From NCBI RefSeq assembly GCF_001194135.2, contig NC_068983.1, positions 57,500,208-57,564,207 on the forward strand: a DNA stretch of 64,000 nt. The letters are read 5' to 3'. How positions within the stretch are numbered: position 1 is the stretch's first letter; the number at the start of each line of letters is the position of its first letter. This document shows positions 25,465 to 38,390 of this stretch, one piece after another. Made by a program: the position numbers and the translations under genes. Under the pieces are notes generated by a model that did no database searches, had not been told where the DNA came from, and saw only the letters and a program-made list of their open reading frames with translations. This stretch comes from Octopus bimaculoides (Eukaryota).

Positions 25465-25870
25465 TACTCTAGGCATAAAGCCCAAAATTTTTGAGGAGGT
25501 GGAGTGCAGTCGATTAGATCGATCCCAGTATGAAACTGGTACTTAAATATATCGACCCTGAAAGGAAGAAAGGCAAAGTCCACCTCAGACAAAATACCGC
25601 TCAGCATTTCGCCCGGCCTTCTAACGTTTCTACCAGCTTGCTGCCGTGTTGTAGAATCTTTTCTACTCTAGGCACAAGGCCTGAAATTCTGTAGGAGGGG
25701 GCCAGTCGATTCGATCGACCCCAGTACACAACTGGTACTTAATTTATCGACGTTGAAAGGATGAAAGGCAAAGTCGACCACTGCAGAATTTGATCTCAAC
25801 ATAAAGACAGATGAAATACCGTTAAACATTTCACCCGGCATGCTAACATTTCTGCCAGCTCACCGCCTTT
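25465..25870 (-). mobile_element. Two tandem family C SINE copies
   Basis: ttttctactctaggcacaaggc...gaaaggcaaagtcgacc, repeated. Confidence 0.85.
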
Positions 25871-26329
25871 GAGATGTAAAATATTACGGTATTAATGATA
25901 AAAAAAAATTGTGATTCTATGTCAAACAATCTTGCACCTAATTCTTTCTTTCTTTCTTTGAGCTGTCATGTAAGAATTCTGAGCCATTTCACCCTTTTGT
26001 TATAATATTTCTGTTGAAATACATTATGCTTCTCTCGAATAAGTTTGGAAATTAATGATGAATTTGATGAAGTAACTGTCCAGTTCTATATTTAAGAGAT
26101 GAGGAATTATATACATTATTTTCATTATATACATTATTTACATTTGACGGATATTTGTCCTCTTCTTGTTTGTTGTTAACACAATGTTTCAGCTGATATA
26201 CCCTCCAGCCTTCATCAAGTGTCTTGAGGAAATTTCAAACCTGGGTTCTTATTCCTAAGATATATTTACTATGTTCTTGTTATTATTATTATAATTATTA
26301 TTATTATTTTTATTATTATTATTATTATT

Positions 26330-26856
26330 CGATTCTAACAAGTATGAACTTGACAGAGTAAAAAATTGGTATGACTACAAACCTGAAGGCATTGTCGAAA
26401 ATAGAAATGCAAAGATCCTATGGGATTTTATGATTTAGTGCGACCATGAGATAAAGAATAGGAAGCCAGACATAGTCTTAATGAGAAAAAAAACAACCTA
26501 TGCTGGATCATGGATATAGCGTGCCCAGCTGACAACAAGGTATGCGATAAAGAAGAAAGAAAAGTCGAGAGATATGACAGGTTAGCTTGGGAAGTTAAGC
26601 AGTTGTGGTCGATAAAAAAGGTAGCAGTTGTACCAATAATTGTCGGAGCTCTGGAAGCAGTGAGCAAAAATCTCGAGAAGTGCATGGAACAAATAGGGGC
26701 TGCAATAAGGGTGGAGCACTTGCAGAAAACAGCACTGCTTGGAACCACCTGAATACTCTGGAAGGTGCTCGAAAAATAAGGGGTGTACCTTAGTTCACTG
26801 GTAATGAACAGCTGACACCGTAGTACATCTCCAGCTTTAGAAGCTGTGCAAAGGCA
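26330..26856 (+). pseudogene. 5'-truncated R4/Dong-like RLE retrotransposon: restriction-like endonuclease C-terminus plus 3' UTR
   Basis: WYDYKPEGIVENRNAKILWDF...NRKPDIVL, then DIACPADNKVCDKEERKVERYDRLAWEVKQLWS...LQKTALLGT (PD and KxxxY RLE motifs). Flanked by trinucleotide tracts. Confidence 0.8.
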
Positions 26857-26908
26857 ATGATGATGATGGTGGTGGTGGTGGTGGTGGTGGTGTTGATGAT
26901 ATCAACTT

Positions 26909-27011
26909 CGGCAAGTGTCTTCTACTACAGCCTCGGGCAGACCAAAACCTTTTGAGTGGATTTGGTACACGGAGAGTGAAAGAAGCCTGTTGTATGTGTA
27001 TCTATATATAC

Positions 27012-27056
<45 letters not shown>

Positions 27057-27290
27057 TGTGTGTGTATGTATGTATATGTATGTGTGTCTGTGTTTGTCCC
27101 CCACTATCACTTGACAACTGATGCTGGTGTGTTTATGTCCCCATAACTTAGTAGTTCGGCAAAAGAGACTGATAGAATAAGTACTAGGCTTACAAAGAAT
27201 AAGTCCCGGGGTCGATTTGTTCAACTAAAGTCGGTGCTCCAGCATGGCTGCAATCAAATGAATAAAACAAATAAGAGAATAAGAGAAAGA
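26909..27290 (+). mobile_element. Family B SINE, head truncated, with internal (GT)n
   Basis: ggcaagtgtcttctactacagcctcggg...gtttgtcccccactatcacttgacaac...ggtgctccagcatggc. Confidence 0.85.
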
Positions 27291-28029
27291 TGTGATTACT
27301 GCCAAACAAAATGATATTTCTTGTAGATAGTTAATGAAGCTGTTAATTAATTTATAGTTTCTAATTTAGCTTTAAATTAAAGCACTTTAACTTCCTCCTT
27401 TGGATGAAGCTGAAGTAGAAATATAAATGTTGTGGTTATCAATTAAATACCAAACTGGAGTGATGGCTGTTTTATGAATGATAACTTTCAAAGTATATTT
27501 ATGCTATGATGGGTAATAACAGGAAATATGTTATTCCATACCATAATTATTTCTTGATACTTATGAAAAATGTTAAAATGAAAACTAATTTTCAAATCAA
27601 AAATATTTATTATGTTAGAATAAAAATTCATGAATCCTCATTTGCATAACTCCTCCCTTAACTTCTGTTATTTACTCCAGCTTCTCCCATTCCCTCATTA
27701 ATCTCTGATTCTTTCTCTCCCTCTCTCTCTCTCTCTGTTAATATATATGTGTAGCATTCTTTTATTCATTGCCTGCTACCAAGCCTAGTATGTGCACTCC
27801 TATTTACACCTTTTTACATTGACTCTTTGCAACACATGATGTTAGCTTTATCTTCTCATCACGCTTCAAAATATGGAATTGTCCACAAATTATATCAGGT
27901 ATCCACGGCTACAAATCCTGGTATTAAAAGCATCCTTGTATGAGGAACATGACATTTTATGCACTTTCTCCATCACAATTCCTTCTGTTTCCCAACTTAC
28001 AAGATATCATCATCCCTATTTTGTCACAT

Positions 28030-28375
28030 ATCCAGTTCTTGCATTAAATCTTCTTCTTTAGGTGCCATGTCCAGAATGTAGGACACAGGTCACCGTGTCC
28101 TGCCACAATTCTCCATTCTCTTTTTTCTGTAACAGTTCCACTTCCTGATGTTTAAAGGTCCTTTCTTCCAACAGTTTCTTCAAGTTTGACACCCATAACA
28201 TCCTTCTTCTTCTGCATTTTGCCCTTCAACGTTTCCAACCATTGCTAAATTATCCAGGCCCTTTTTCCTTGTCACATGACAAGACACCTCAGTTGTTTTC
28301 CCCTTATCTCACAAAACGGTTACCTATTTACTGCAGGCCAGGTCATCACTTCTACATTGGATACCTTGTCTGTTC
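28030..28375 (-). pseudogene. Old RTE-type LINE 3' fragment from a family distinct from A
   Basis: Minus-strand EIRGKQLRCL-HVTRKKGLDNLAMVGNVEG, resembling the RTE RT C-terminus, with a short (AGA)n tail. Confidence 0.55.
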
Positions 28376-28415
28376 ATGCTATCCTCAATATCCTCCATAT
28401 CCTCCATATCCTCCT

Positions 28416-28650
28416 TGAGGGCAGTGAGCTGGCAGAATCGTTAGTATGCCGGGCGAAATGTTTAGCGTTATTTCGTCTGGCGTTACATTCTGAGTTCAAA
28501 TTCCGCTGAGGTTGACTTTGCCTTTCATTATTTCAGGGCTGATTAAACAAGTACCAGTTATGCCCTGGTGTCGATGTAATTGACTTAATCCTTTTATCTG
28601 TCCTTGTTTGTCTCGTCTATGTTTAGACCCCTGTGGGCAATAAAGAAATG
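28416..28650 (+). mobile_element. Family C SINE, near full length
   Basis: ggcagtgagctggcagaatcgttag (A-box-like) ... gagttcaaattcc (B-box) ... gggcaataaagaaat. Confidence 0.85.
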
Positions 28651-28819
28651 AATATCCTCCTTAAGAATCACATTTCACAGCTCTCCAAGCACCTTCTCAT
28701 TTTTGATGTTCTAGACTATGCCTCACCTCCAAACATTAACACATGGTAGACATAGCAGTTTTATACGCCGGCCTTGGTTTCCATGCTCAGAGTATGGTTT
28801 CTCAAGATGTTATACGATT

Positions 28820-28985
28820 TTGAGAATTCACATGCAATACTTTTTAATTCAAATTGCTCTTAATTAATCATGTTATTTTTCTAGCTTCAAAATTTTGTTG
28901 ATGTGATTATATATTCTTATAACGGCATTGAAGGGCAGGTGTGATAGGCTGGATCTGGCTGGTTAGTACAAAAAACAGGTAATGA
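28820..28985 (+). mobile_element. Partial copy of the TTAA-flanked MITE, inverted relative to 30482-30709
   Basis: Reverse-complement match over about 160 bp. Confidence 0.75.
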
Positions 28986-29811
28986 TGACAATGATGACGA
29001 TGACGATGATGATGATGACTACAATGATGATAATGACATCGACGACAATAACGACGATGACACTGATTATGATGATGGTGATGTCCATGATGATGATTTC
29101 CATTAAGGCTTACACATATCTAAGAACTACTCAGCCTCTTATGCCACTTCAATGAACAGACTGTTTCCATCGATCTAACCACCTGGAGTGCTCCACATAG
29201 AAACTGGTGAAGACCCATTAATATCAACACCTAGTAGATATACATTTTTACATAGATGTAGTTTAACCATCGTTAACATTAAACGACCATTAAAAGAATT
29301 GATAACTTATTAGTATCATTTCTACTTAAACATGTGTTTGGTGGAAATGTTGGCATTTTATCAATTTTATATTCCTTTTAGCTCTCTCCCTCTTGTATTT
29401 GACAAAACTTATTTATGTGTTCATCAACCAATAACAAAGCCAAAACAATTTCATCGGTCGATAATTATATCAATTTCCAATAAAATAAGAAATTTCTTTT
29501 GGTGCTGGTGCGTATGATATGGTGTTTATGGCCAGACAACAAAAGCAGAGGAAAAAGAAAAAAAATAATGATAAAGAAATGCCACCCAAAACTGCATTTT
29601 TTTTTTCACAGAAAATAGTTTGAGCAATAAAGATTTCTCTTAACTGTTGTATGGCATGTGTTATATTTCAGAAACACACATACACAAATATATATACATA
29701 TACACATGTCTACATGCACATATATACATACATACACATGCAAACACACATATATCTTCATTAGTCATATATATATTTGGGTGTGTGTGTGTATAAAAAT
29801 ATATATGTATA

Positions 29812-29902
<91 letters not shown>

Positions 29903-29963
29903 TTCCTTATCAGATATATAGATATGCATATGTATACATAAATACATATGCATATGTTATTAT

Positions 29964-30003
<40 letters not shown>

Positions 30004-30481
30004 AATGATGATGATTATGATGATAAAACACAATATTATGATCTCATAATGGCCAAATTACCTACTGGTAATTTGCCTGTTATGAGGCTATAATATTGCA
30101 TTTTATTAATAAAAATAAAAAGCCCATACTATTATAACTAATACATGAGTGCCTGCTCTTGCTGACTCATGGACGTTTGGGCAGTAAGATAGACACACAC
30201 ACACACACACAGATATCTTTATATATATATATATGTGTATGTATACATACAGTGAAAGAGTGTCTTCCTGTTCATGTATGAAACTCCAATGCTCCTGTAT
30301 TCCTTATTAGTAGCAGCCTGTTTTTTTTTTTAACTTAGCATCCTGGTACTATTTCGGGGGAGGGGGTCATATAAGCCCTGGAGTTTATATGAGATTCGAG
30401 GTGTGAGGGCAGGTGCACAAAAGTAAAAGAGATAACTGGGGATCCATGGTAGTATTTTTAGGGTCCATGGAAAAGTTCTGC

Positions 30482-30709
30482 CTAACTCTTTAGTATTTAA
30501 AACGCCCGTATCCAGCCCAAATACATTACCTGTTTTTTGTACTAACCTGCCAGATCCAGACTATCACACCTGCCCTTCAATGCCGTTATAAGAATATACA
30601 ATCACATCAACAAAATTTTGAAGCTAGAAAAATAACACATGATTAATTAAGAACAATTTGAATGAAAAAGTATTACATTTCGAGAGTAATGTGAATGCTA
30701 AAGGGTTAA
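30482..30709 (-). mobile_element. TTAA-terminated MITE (piggyBac-like ends)
   Basis: Ends ctaactctttagtattt (degenerate) and aatgctaaagggttaa are inverted copies. Confidence 0.65.
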
Positions 30710-31011
30710 GATGTGTTTATTGCCGGAGAAATTCATAGTTCAACTTGATTCCAGCCACTGATATATGTCCTCTTAGCAAGCAACACTTCAAACCTACACA
30801 AGTGAATGAGTGAAAAACAAAATAGGAACTTTGATAGAAGCATCTATAAAAGTAGTTTTGTTGTGTCTGTGGATAGTCATCATGCCAACAATAACACATA
30901 CACAGGTTCAATTCCACTTCTTTATTGTTAGTCAATTGGTGAAATACCTAACCGACTATGTAAGCAATCATTTGTTCAATGTGCTGGTTAACTTGCCATT
31001 TATCACCCTCA

Positions 31012-31067
<56 letters not shown>

Positions 31068-31280
31068 GTTCTTTTATTCTTTTAATTGTTTCAGTCATTT
31101 GACTGTGGCCATGCTGGAGCACCACCTTTAGTCGAACAAATCGACTGCAGGACTTATTCTTTGTAAGTCTAGTACTTATTCTATCGGTCTCTTTTGCCGA
31201 ACTGCTAATGTACAGGGATATAAACACACCAACATCAGCTGTCAAGCGATGGTGGGGGGTAAAACACAGACATACACCCA
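31068..31280 (-). mobile_element. Family B SINE 3' half
   Basis: tttcagtcatttgactgtggccatgctggagcacc...aacacaccaacatcag. Confidence 0.8.
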
Positions 31281-31294
31281 AATATATACATCCT

Positions 31295-32165
31295 CCTCCT
31301 CATCATCATCATCATTTAACGTACGCTTTCCGTGCTAGCATGGGTTGGACGATTTGACTGGGGACTGGTGAGCAAGATGGCTGCACCAGGTGGAACCCAA
31401 AGGCTACACCAGGCTCCAATCTTATTTGGCAGAGTTTCTACAGCTGGATGCCCTTCCTAATGCCAACCACTCCGAGAGTGTAGTAGGTGCTTTTATGTGT
31501 CACTGGCACGAAGGCCAGTTAGACGATACTGGCAACGGCCATGCTCAAAATGGTGTATTTTATGTGCTACCCGCAAAAGAGCCAATCCAGGGGCAGTGGC
31601 AACGATCTCGCTCAAAAGTCCTTACACATGCTGTGGGCACAAGTGCCAGAAAGGCGACGCTGGGCACAGGTGCCATCACGATTTCGCTTGCCCCAACAGG
31701 TCTTCGCAAGCTGAGTTTCGTGTCCAATGAACGAGACGACGTTGGCACGAGTGCCAGTCATCGAATTTAATTCGGTTTAAATTTCACTTGCCTCAACAGG
31801 TCTTCACAAACGGGGTTTAGCGTCCAATGAAGGAAATGTACGCATAAGTGGGCTGGCTACACCCCTAACAGAGGTCTTGGATTTAGGTCTCACTTGGCTT
31901 GCTGGGTCTTCTCACACACAACATATTTCTAATGGTCTCGGTCACTAGTCATTGCCTCAGTGAGGCCCAATGTTCAGAGGTCGTGTCTCACCACTTCATC
32001 CCAGGTTTTCCTGGGTCTACCTCTTCCACGGGTTCCCTCCACTGCTAGCGTGTGGCACTTTTTCACACAGCTATCCTCGTCCATTCTCGCCACATGACCA
32101 TACTAACGCAATCGTCTCTCTTGCACTCTGTCTAGTATGCACACTGACATTACACATCCATCGGA
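31295..32165 (-). mobile_element. RTE LINE 3' fragment: RT C-terminal remnant plus long 3' UTR
   Basis: 31970-32165 is homologous to 59330-59545, and the tail is family A. Confidence 0.85.
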
Positions 32166-32174
32166 GCATACTGG

Positions 32175-32245
<71 letters not shown>

Positions 32246-33299
32246 CTCTCTCTTTCTCTATCTTTCTCTTACTTTCTCTCTCTCTGTTAATGTATGTGAA
32301 CACATTTCACTTTATGTGGCTGAAGAAAAGTAAAGTGATTATCCTGCTCAATTAATGTATTATATATACCTCTCTCCTTCTCTCTCTCTCCTCCCTCTCT
32401 AACCCTTCCTCTCTCTCTCTCTCTATCCTTCTCCCTCCCGATTTCTCTTCCCCGCTTTCTCTATCCATCTTTCTCTTTCCCCTTCTCTCCTTCTCTCTCT
32501 TCTTTTCTCTCCCTCCCTCTCCCACTCTCTCTTCTCCTCTCTCTCTCTCTTACCATATTTCTCTCTCCATGTGACACCACATTTCTCATCGCATGTACAA
32601 AGAGAGGGAAAGTGTTAATGCCAATCATGTTCAATTAATAAATCGTAATCTCTCTCTCTTTCTCTCTCTCTTTCTCCTTTTTCGCATGTGTATATTTCTA
32701 CACTTGTCTGCATGTGTGGGTATGTACGTGTGTGCATGCCTGCATGCATGTATGTGTGTGTGTGTGTAATTGCCCTCAGTACCAAGACATATAGTTACTA
32801 AAACAGGCTGAATGTCCAGTCAGCCATGCCCCGTCAGCATCCAAAGAGTTGTGCCAAATCATCTCATTCCACCATGAAGTGGGATCGCACCTAGAGTTGT
32901 ATGATGACTGAGAAATGACCATTTTAAACATTCAGCCGTTGCTTACATCCACACACCGATTAAATGTACACACAATCTAAATTGATTGTATCTAGGTGTT
33001 AAATGAGATTTTAAAACTATTGCCAATAAATTAGGAGGCTTGGAGAATTGTCATGCAGGTATGAACATTTGATAAACTTGTTGGTCACCTTTACATGAAT
33101 GTTCAGCAAAGCAGAAATGTTATGCAGTATAGCAGAAATACTTAGCACCTTCCTGAGTCTGATGAAGATGGTGATGATCTGTGCCGACAAAATGTTTGTC
33201 TATAGAAGAGGTTTATAAGTCTTGTTACCATGAAGAGTAAGGAAGCTAATATTTCAGCCATTTGCCTGGGTTTTATTTTTAGAGTAAGATTTTTTTTTT

Positions 33300-33685
33300 A
33301 TTTGTTTCAGTCATTTGACTGTGACCATGCTGGAGCATCGCCTTTAGTCGAGCAAATCGACCACAGGACTTATTCTTTGTAAGCCTAGTACTTATTATAT
33401 TGGTCTCTTTTGCCAAACCGCTAAGTTACGGGGACGTAAACACACCAGCATCGGTTGTCAAGCGATGGTGGGGGGACAAACACAGACACACAAACATATA
33501 CACACATACATATATATACACATATTCGATGGGCTTCTTTTAGTTTCCGTCAACCACATCCACTCACAAGGCTTTGGTCGGCCTGAGGCTATAGTAGAAG
33601 ACACTTGCCAAAGGTGCCACACAGTGGGAATGAACTCGGAATCATGTAGTTGGTAGGCAAGCTACTTACCACACAGCCACTCCTA
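33300..33685 (-). mobile_element. Family B bipartite SINE, full length
   Basis: Tail, internal (CA/TA)n and head all present. Confidence 0.88.
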
Positions 33686-35406
33686 TATATATATATATAT
33701 ATATACTGAGGGTGATAAANNNNNNNNNNNNNNNNNNNNNNNNNNNNNNNNNNNNNNNNNNNNNNNNNNNNNNNNNNNNNNNNNNNNNNNNNNNNNNNNN
33801 NNNNNNNNNNNNNNNNNNNNNNNNNNNNNNNNNNNNNNNNNNNNNNNNNNNNNNNNNNNNNNNNNNNNNNNNNNNNNNNNNNNNNNNNNNNNNNNNNNNN
33901 NNNNNNNNNNNNNNNNNNNNNNNNNNNNNNNNNNNNNNNNNNNNNNNNNNNNNNNNNNNNNNNNNNNNNNNNNNNNNNNNNNNNNNNNNNNNNNNNNNNN
34001 NNNNNNNNNNNNNNNNNNNNNNNNNNNNNNNNNNNNNNNNNNNNNNNNNNNNNNNNNNNNNNNNNNNNNNNNNNNNNNNNNNNNNNNNNNNNNNNNNNNN
34101 NNNNNNNNNNNNNNNNNNNNNNNNNNNNNNNTAAACCACATCATAAGATGTCTCGTAAAATATTGTAACATATTACAACATATTACAAATTGCTGGATAC
34201 TCCATCTCTTCAGGGTCGCATGATTGCCATCACCAATACTACTATTATTAGCAAAACACACACATCATCAAACTTATCACACTTGGCTTATTGTGGTTGT
34301 TTCTGTTATTATAATTATTGCTGCAATAAAGTATCTTCAATGCATTGATTTTGAGCTCTATCCTTTAAGCGACATATATATATATATANNNNNNNNNNNN
34401 NNNNNNNNNNNNNNNNNNNNNNNNNNNNNNNNNNNNNNNNNNNNNNNNNNNNNNNNNNNNNNNNNNNNNNNNNNNNNNNNNNNNNNNNNNNNNNNNNNNN
34501 NNNNNNNNNNNNNNNNNNNNNNNNNNNNNNNNNNNNNNNNNNNNNNNNNNNNNNNNNNNNNNNNNNNNNNNNNNNNNNNNNNNNNNNNNNNNNNNNNNNN
34601 NNNNNNNNNNNNNNNNNNNNNNNNNNNNNNNNNNNNNNNNNNNNNNNNNNNNNNNNNNNNNNNNNNNNNNNNNNNNNNNNNNNNNNNNNNNNNNNNNNNN
34701 NNNNNNNNNNNNNNNNNNNNNNNNNNNNNNNNNNNNNNNNNNNNNNNNNNNNNNNNNNNNNNNNNNNNNNNNNNNNNNNNNNNNNNNNNNNNNNNNNNNN
34801 NNNNNNNNNNNNNNNNNNNNNNNNNNNNNNNNNNNNNNNNNNNNNNNNNNNNNNNNNNNNNNNNNNNNNNNNNNNNNNNNNNNNNNNNNNNNNNNNNNNN
34901 NNNNNNNNNNNNNNNNNNNNNNNNNNNNNNNNNNNNNNNNNNNNNNNNNNNNNNNNNNNNNNNNNNNNNNNNNNNNNNNNNNNNNNNNNNNNNNNNNNNN
35001 NNNNNNNNNNNNNNNNNNNNNNNNNNNNNNNNNNNNNNNNNNNNNNNNNNNNNNNNNNNNNNNNNNNNNNNNNNNNNNNNNNNNNNNNNNNNNNNNNNNN
35101 NNNNNNNNNNNNNNNNNNNNNNNNNNNNNNNNNNNNNNNNNNNNNNNNNNNNNNNNNNNNNNNNNNNNNNNNNNNNNNNNNNNNNNNNNNNNNNNNNNNN
35201 NNNNNNNNNNNNNNNNNNNNNNNNNNNNNNNNNNNNNNNNNNNNNNNNNNNNNNNNNNNNNNNNNNNNNNNNNNNNNNNNNNNNNNNNNNNNNNNNNNNN
35301 NNNNNNNNNNNNNNNNNNNNNNNNNNNNNNNNNNNNNNNNNNNNNNNNNNNNNNNNNNNNNNNNNNNNNNNNNNNNNNNNNNNNNNTGTTGCTTCAAGAA
35401 GAATTA

Positions 35407-35439
<33 letters not shown>

Positions 35440-35769
35440 ATCTGTTATATCTTCTTTGTGTATAAATGTCAGATATTATCAGGAGAAGGTGAACAAAAGG
35501 CAACAACTGTATTACCAAAAGCAAGATGTTGAGCAGCAACAACAGAAAATGGGGCAGCAACAGCAGCAGCAGCACCAGCAGCACCAGCAGAAGCTAGAGT
35601 ATTGTGCTATTCATGAAGGACTTGGAGAAATATTTCTTCACTTGTATACAGGTGAGGTTTGGTGAAAGGAAGGGCATCTACCCATAGTTTATCATCGTCA
35701 GCAAATTTCATCTGACAGAAGCAAAGAAAAGAGCATATTAACAATGTGGTAATATACATACAAACATAC

Positions 35770-35806
<37 letters not shown>

Positions 35807-35867
35807 CGTCCACACACACACAGACATACACACACAGACATACACACACACACACACACACACACAG

Positions 35868-35902
<35 letters not shown>

Positions 35903-36324
35903 CGTCCACACACATGTATATATACATATAAATATATCAAAATCTATGAGGATCAATGTTTTGCTTGTATGTGTCGAAACATCAAAGTTTCTCAACAAAT
36001 CTTCACCGAATTTTGCATATGCATCCCAAATCATCTCAGATACAGAAAATTGGGGGAAGCAATGGGGTCAAAGGTGTCCCTGGGGTAATATTTTACAAAC
36101 ATAAATTGATAGATGTCAGAATATATAAACAGACTTTCAGATTCTATTTTGAAAATACCTTTTCATTATCAATAAAATCTTGTTTCTAACAGGAAAGACT
36201 GAAGTCTAAAACTGTCATCTGTACAGGTAAGAGGAGCACAAAATCAGTGGCGTGTGTGTGTGTGTGTGTGTGTGTGCATGTATATGTACACACACACACA
36301 TGCAGATATGTATGTATATACACC

Positions 36325-36369
<45 letters not shown>

Positions 36370-36402
36370 GTGCGTGTGTATGTGTGTTTGTGTGTGTATG
36401 TG

Positions 36403-36617
36403 TGATATTCCTTAGCAAAATGCAAGTACACACACATATGTATGTATGTGTGTGTGTGTCTGTGTATATATATATATATATATATATGTACATGTAGTTG
36501 CATATACATACATATACACATATATACACAGACATTTATATGCACACACACAACACATACATACATACATACATACATACATGTGTGTGTGTACTTGCAT
36601 TTTGCTAAGAAATATCA
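36403..36617. repeat. ~35-bp inverted repeats enclosing a microsatellite core
   Basis: tgatattccttagcaaaatgcaagtacacacacat versus atgtgtgtgtgtacttgcattttgctaagaaatatca. Confidence 0.75.
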
Positions 36618-37021
36618 GAGAAGTTTCAAAACAGTAAGAAAAAAAAAAATACAAAATAAACAGTTCAGGAATTGAATCCCTTGAGAAACATCAAATTATG
36701 TATGACTCTCCCTTCTCACAGGGGCTGTCAAACAGTGGATGACATACTGAAAACCTGTAAGCAGCAACACTAATATTCCCAATAAGGGATACAAATCATA
36801 AATATACATACATACATACATACATACATACATACACACATACAAAACGACATACATACATATATATATATGTAAATACAGTATATATAGGTATATATAT
36901 TAACAGCAAATGTTGTACAATATGTTGTCTTAAAAAGTGTCTTTATCATTGACCTGACTTCAACAACAGTGAAACTTTTAGAAATATAATACATTCTTGT
37001 CTGTCTCACTGTATGTATATA

Positions 37022-37055
<34 letters not shown>

Positions 37056-37404
37056 CGTCTGTGAATATTTATATCTGCATGTGCATATATATTGTTGTAT
37101 TTCGTATTGTATGTGTTGTATATGTTTATTTCGTATTATATATATGTATTGATGTATATTGTTGTATTTTGGGATGGTCATTTTTTTTCTTTTGTCAAAT
37201 AAACACATGCACTATATAATTGTTCTTCACTCGTTTATTACTGTTCTTATTCTAACTCCTGTTCATTGTTTGGAAATCTTTTGTCACACATCTGTGACCT
37301 CTTCTGTGACATGTTTCGTTTCTATGTGTGTTCTTGCCCAACTTACTTCATTCTTTTCTTCTAAGGTGTGTATCCTTATGTGCACATGTGTTTGTGTCCT
37401 TGAT

Positions 37405-37456
<52 letters not shown>

Positions 37457-37719
37457 TGCGTGTCATAGTTTTTAGCAGCAGTGTGGCCTTCCCCTCAGTA
37501 GCCCCATCCTCTCACCCCATTGTGCTGCTGCTGTTCTAAGACCCGAAAATATGGTACAGTTCCTGTATTCTTCTGTGCATGTGTGCTCACTCACGGTGTT
37601 ACCATCGTGGTAGTTGTTGTTGTTGTTGTTGTTGTTGTTGCCATCGTTGTCACAGCATACCTTTTTAGAAAAACATTAAGTAAGGCTAATCTACGAATTA
37701 AAGTAGTAGAGATGCCTGA

Positions 37720-38030
37720 TGCCTCATAAAAATCTCTGATCTGCAATACCTATCCCTTTGATAAGCCTCCGTGTATGGAGTACAATTGTGTTGTATGTAG
37801 AATGATCCCTCGGGTTAACTGTAAGTTTAGGAATGTAGTGTATAGCTTATAATGTACTGAGGGATGGTGCAGAAACATGACAACTACTAATATTGGAGAG
37901 ACTGTATGCAGCATAAGAGAAGCATAGGTGAACATTGGTGAGAGCTCAAAGAAGCAAGAAGCTCATCAGTGCTCTACCAGCATGCTCAAGCAGAACATAG
38001 AGGCTCAATTAATCAGATCACAGAAGCTAA
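37720..38030 (+). pseudogene. Degraded Penelope-like element GIY-YIG endonuclease region
   Basis: PFDKPPCMEYNCVVCRMIPRVNCKFRNVVYSL*C...NIGETVCSIRE, then LYQHAQAEH in another frame. Confidence 0.6.
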
Positions 38031-38215
38031 ACACATAGCAGTATTTCATCTGTCGTTATGTTCTGAGTTCAAATTCTGCCAAGGTCAACTTTGCCATTCA
38101 TCGTTTCGGGGTCGATTAAATAAGTATCAGTTATGCTCTGGGGTCGATGTAATCAGCTTAATCCCCTTGTCTGTCCTCGCTTGTCCCCTCTATGTTTGTA
38201 GGCAATAAAGAAATA
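38030..38215 (+). mobile_element. Family C SINE, 5' truncated
   Basis: gttctgagttcaaattctgcc...tcggggtcgattaaataagt...ggcaataaagaaat. Confidence 0.8.
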
Positions 38216-38220
38216 TATGT

Positions 38221-38390
38221 ATGAGGGTGTGCTGACAAGTTCCTGGCTTTAAGGGTATCATGAAAGGCCTGACTGAAGCCCCAATCTTCCAAGTTCTTTA
38301 ACAGGGCTTAGAAAAACTGAAGGACTGCTGGTATAAGTGTGTGAATCTGAGAGGCAAATATGTTGGATAAAATTATAATTAGCTGATCTT
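38221..38390 (+). mobile_element. Mariner-derived MITE, partial
   Basis: TIR gagggtgtgctgacaagttcctggctt, homologous to 62809-63032. Confidence 0.7.

Noticed and set aside
32996-33058. 63-nt AG...GT bounded segment as a coding exon
   Set aside because: Stop codons in all three phases, and no SECIS evidence for reading the TGA
33155-33205. ctgatgaag...gccgacaaaatgtttgtc hammerhead-like string
   Set aside because: No GAAA and no helix I pairing
30990-33719. Inverted atttatcaccctcag and ctgagggtgataaa ends as TIRs of one 2.7-kb transposon
   Set aside because: The ends face outward, so they belong to two separate copies, and the second is lost in a gap
37300-37365. Minus-strand GAAACATGTC resembling a hammerhead helix III
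   Set aside because: No upstream CTGANGA core and no helix I
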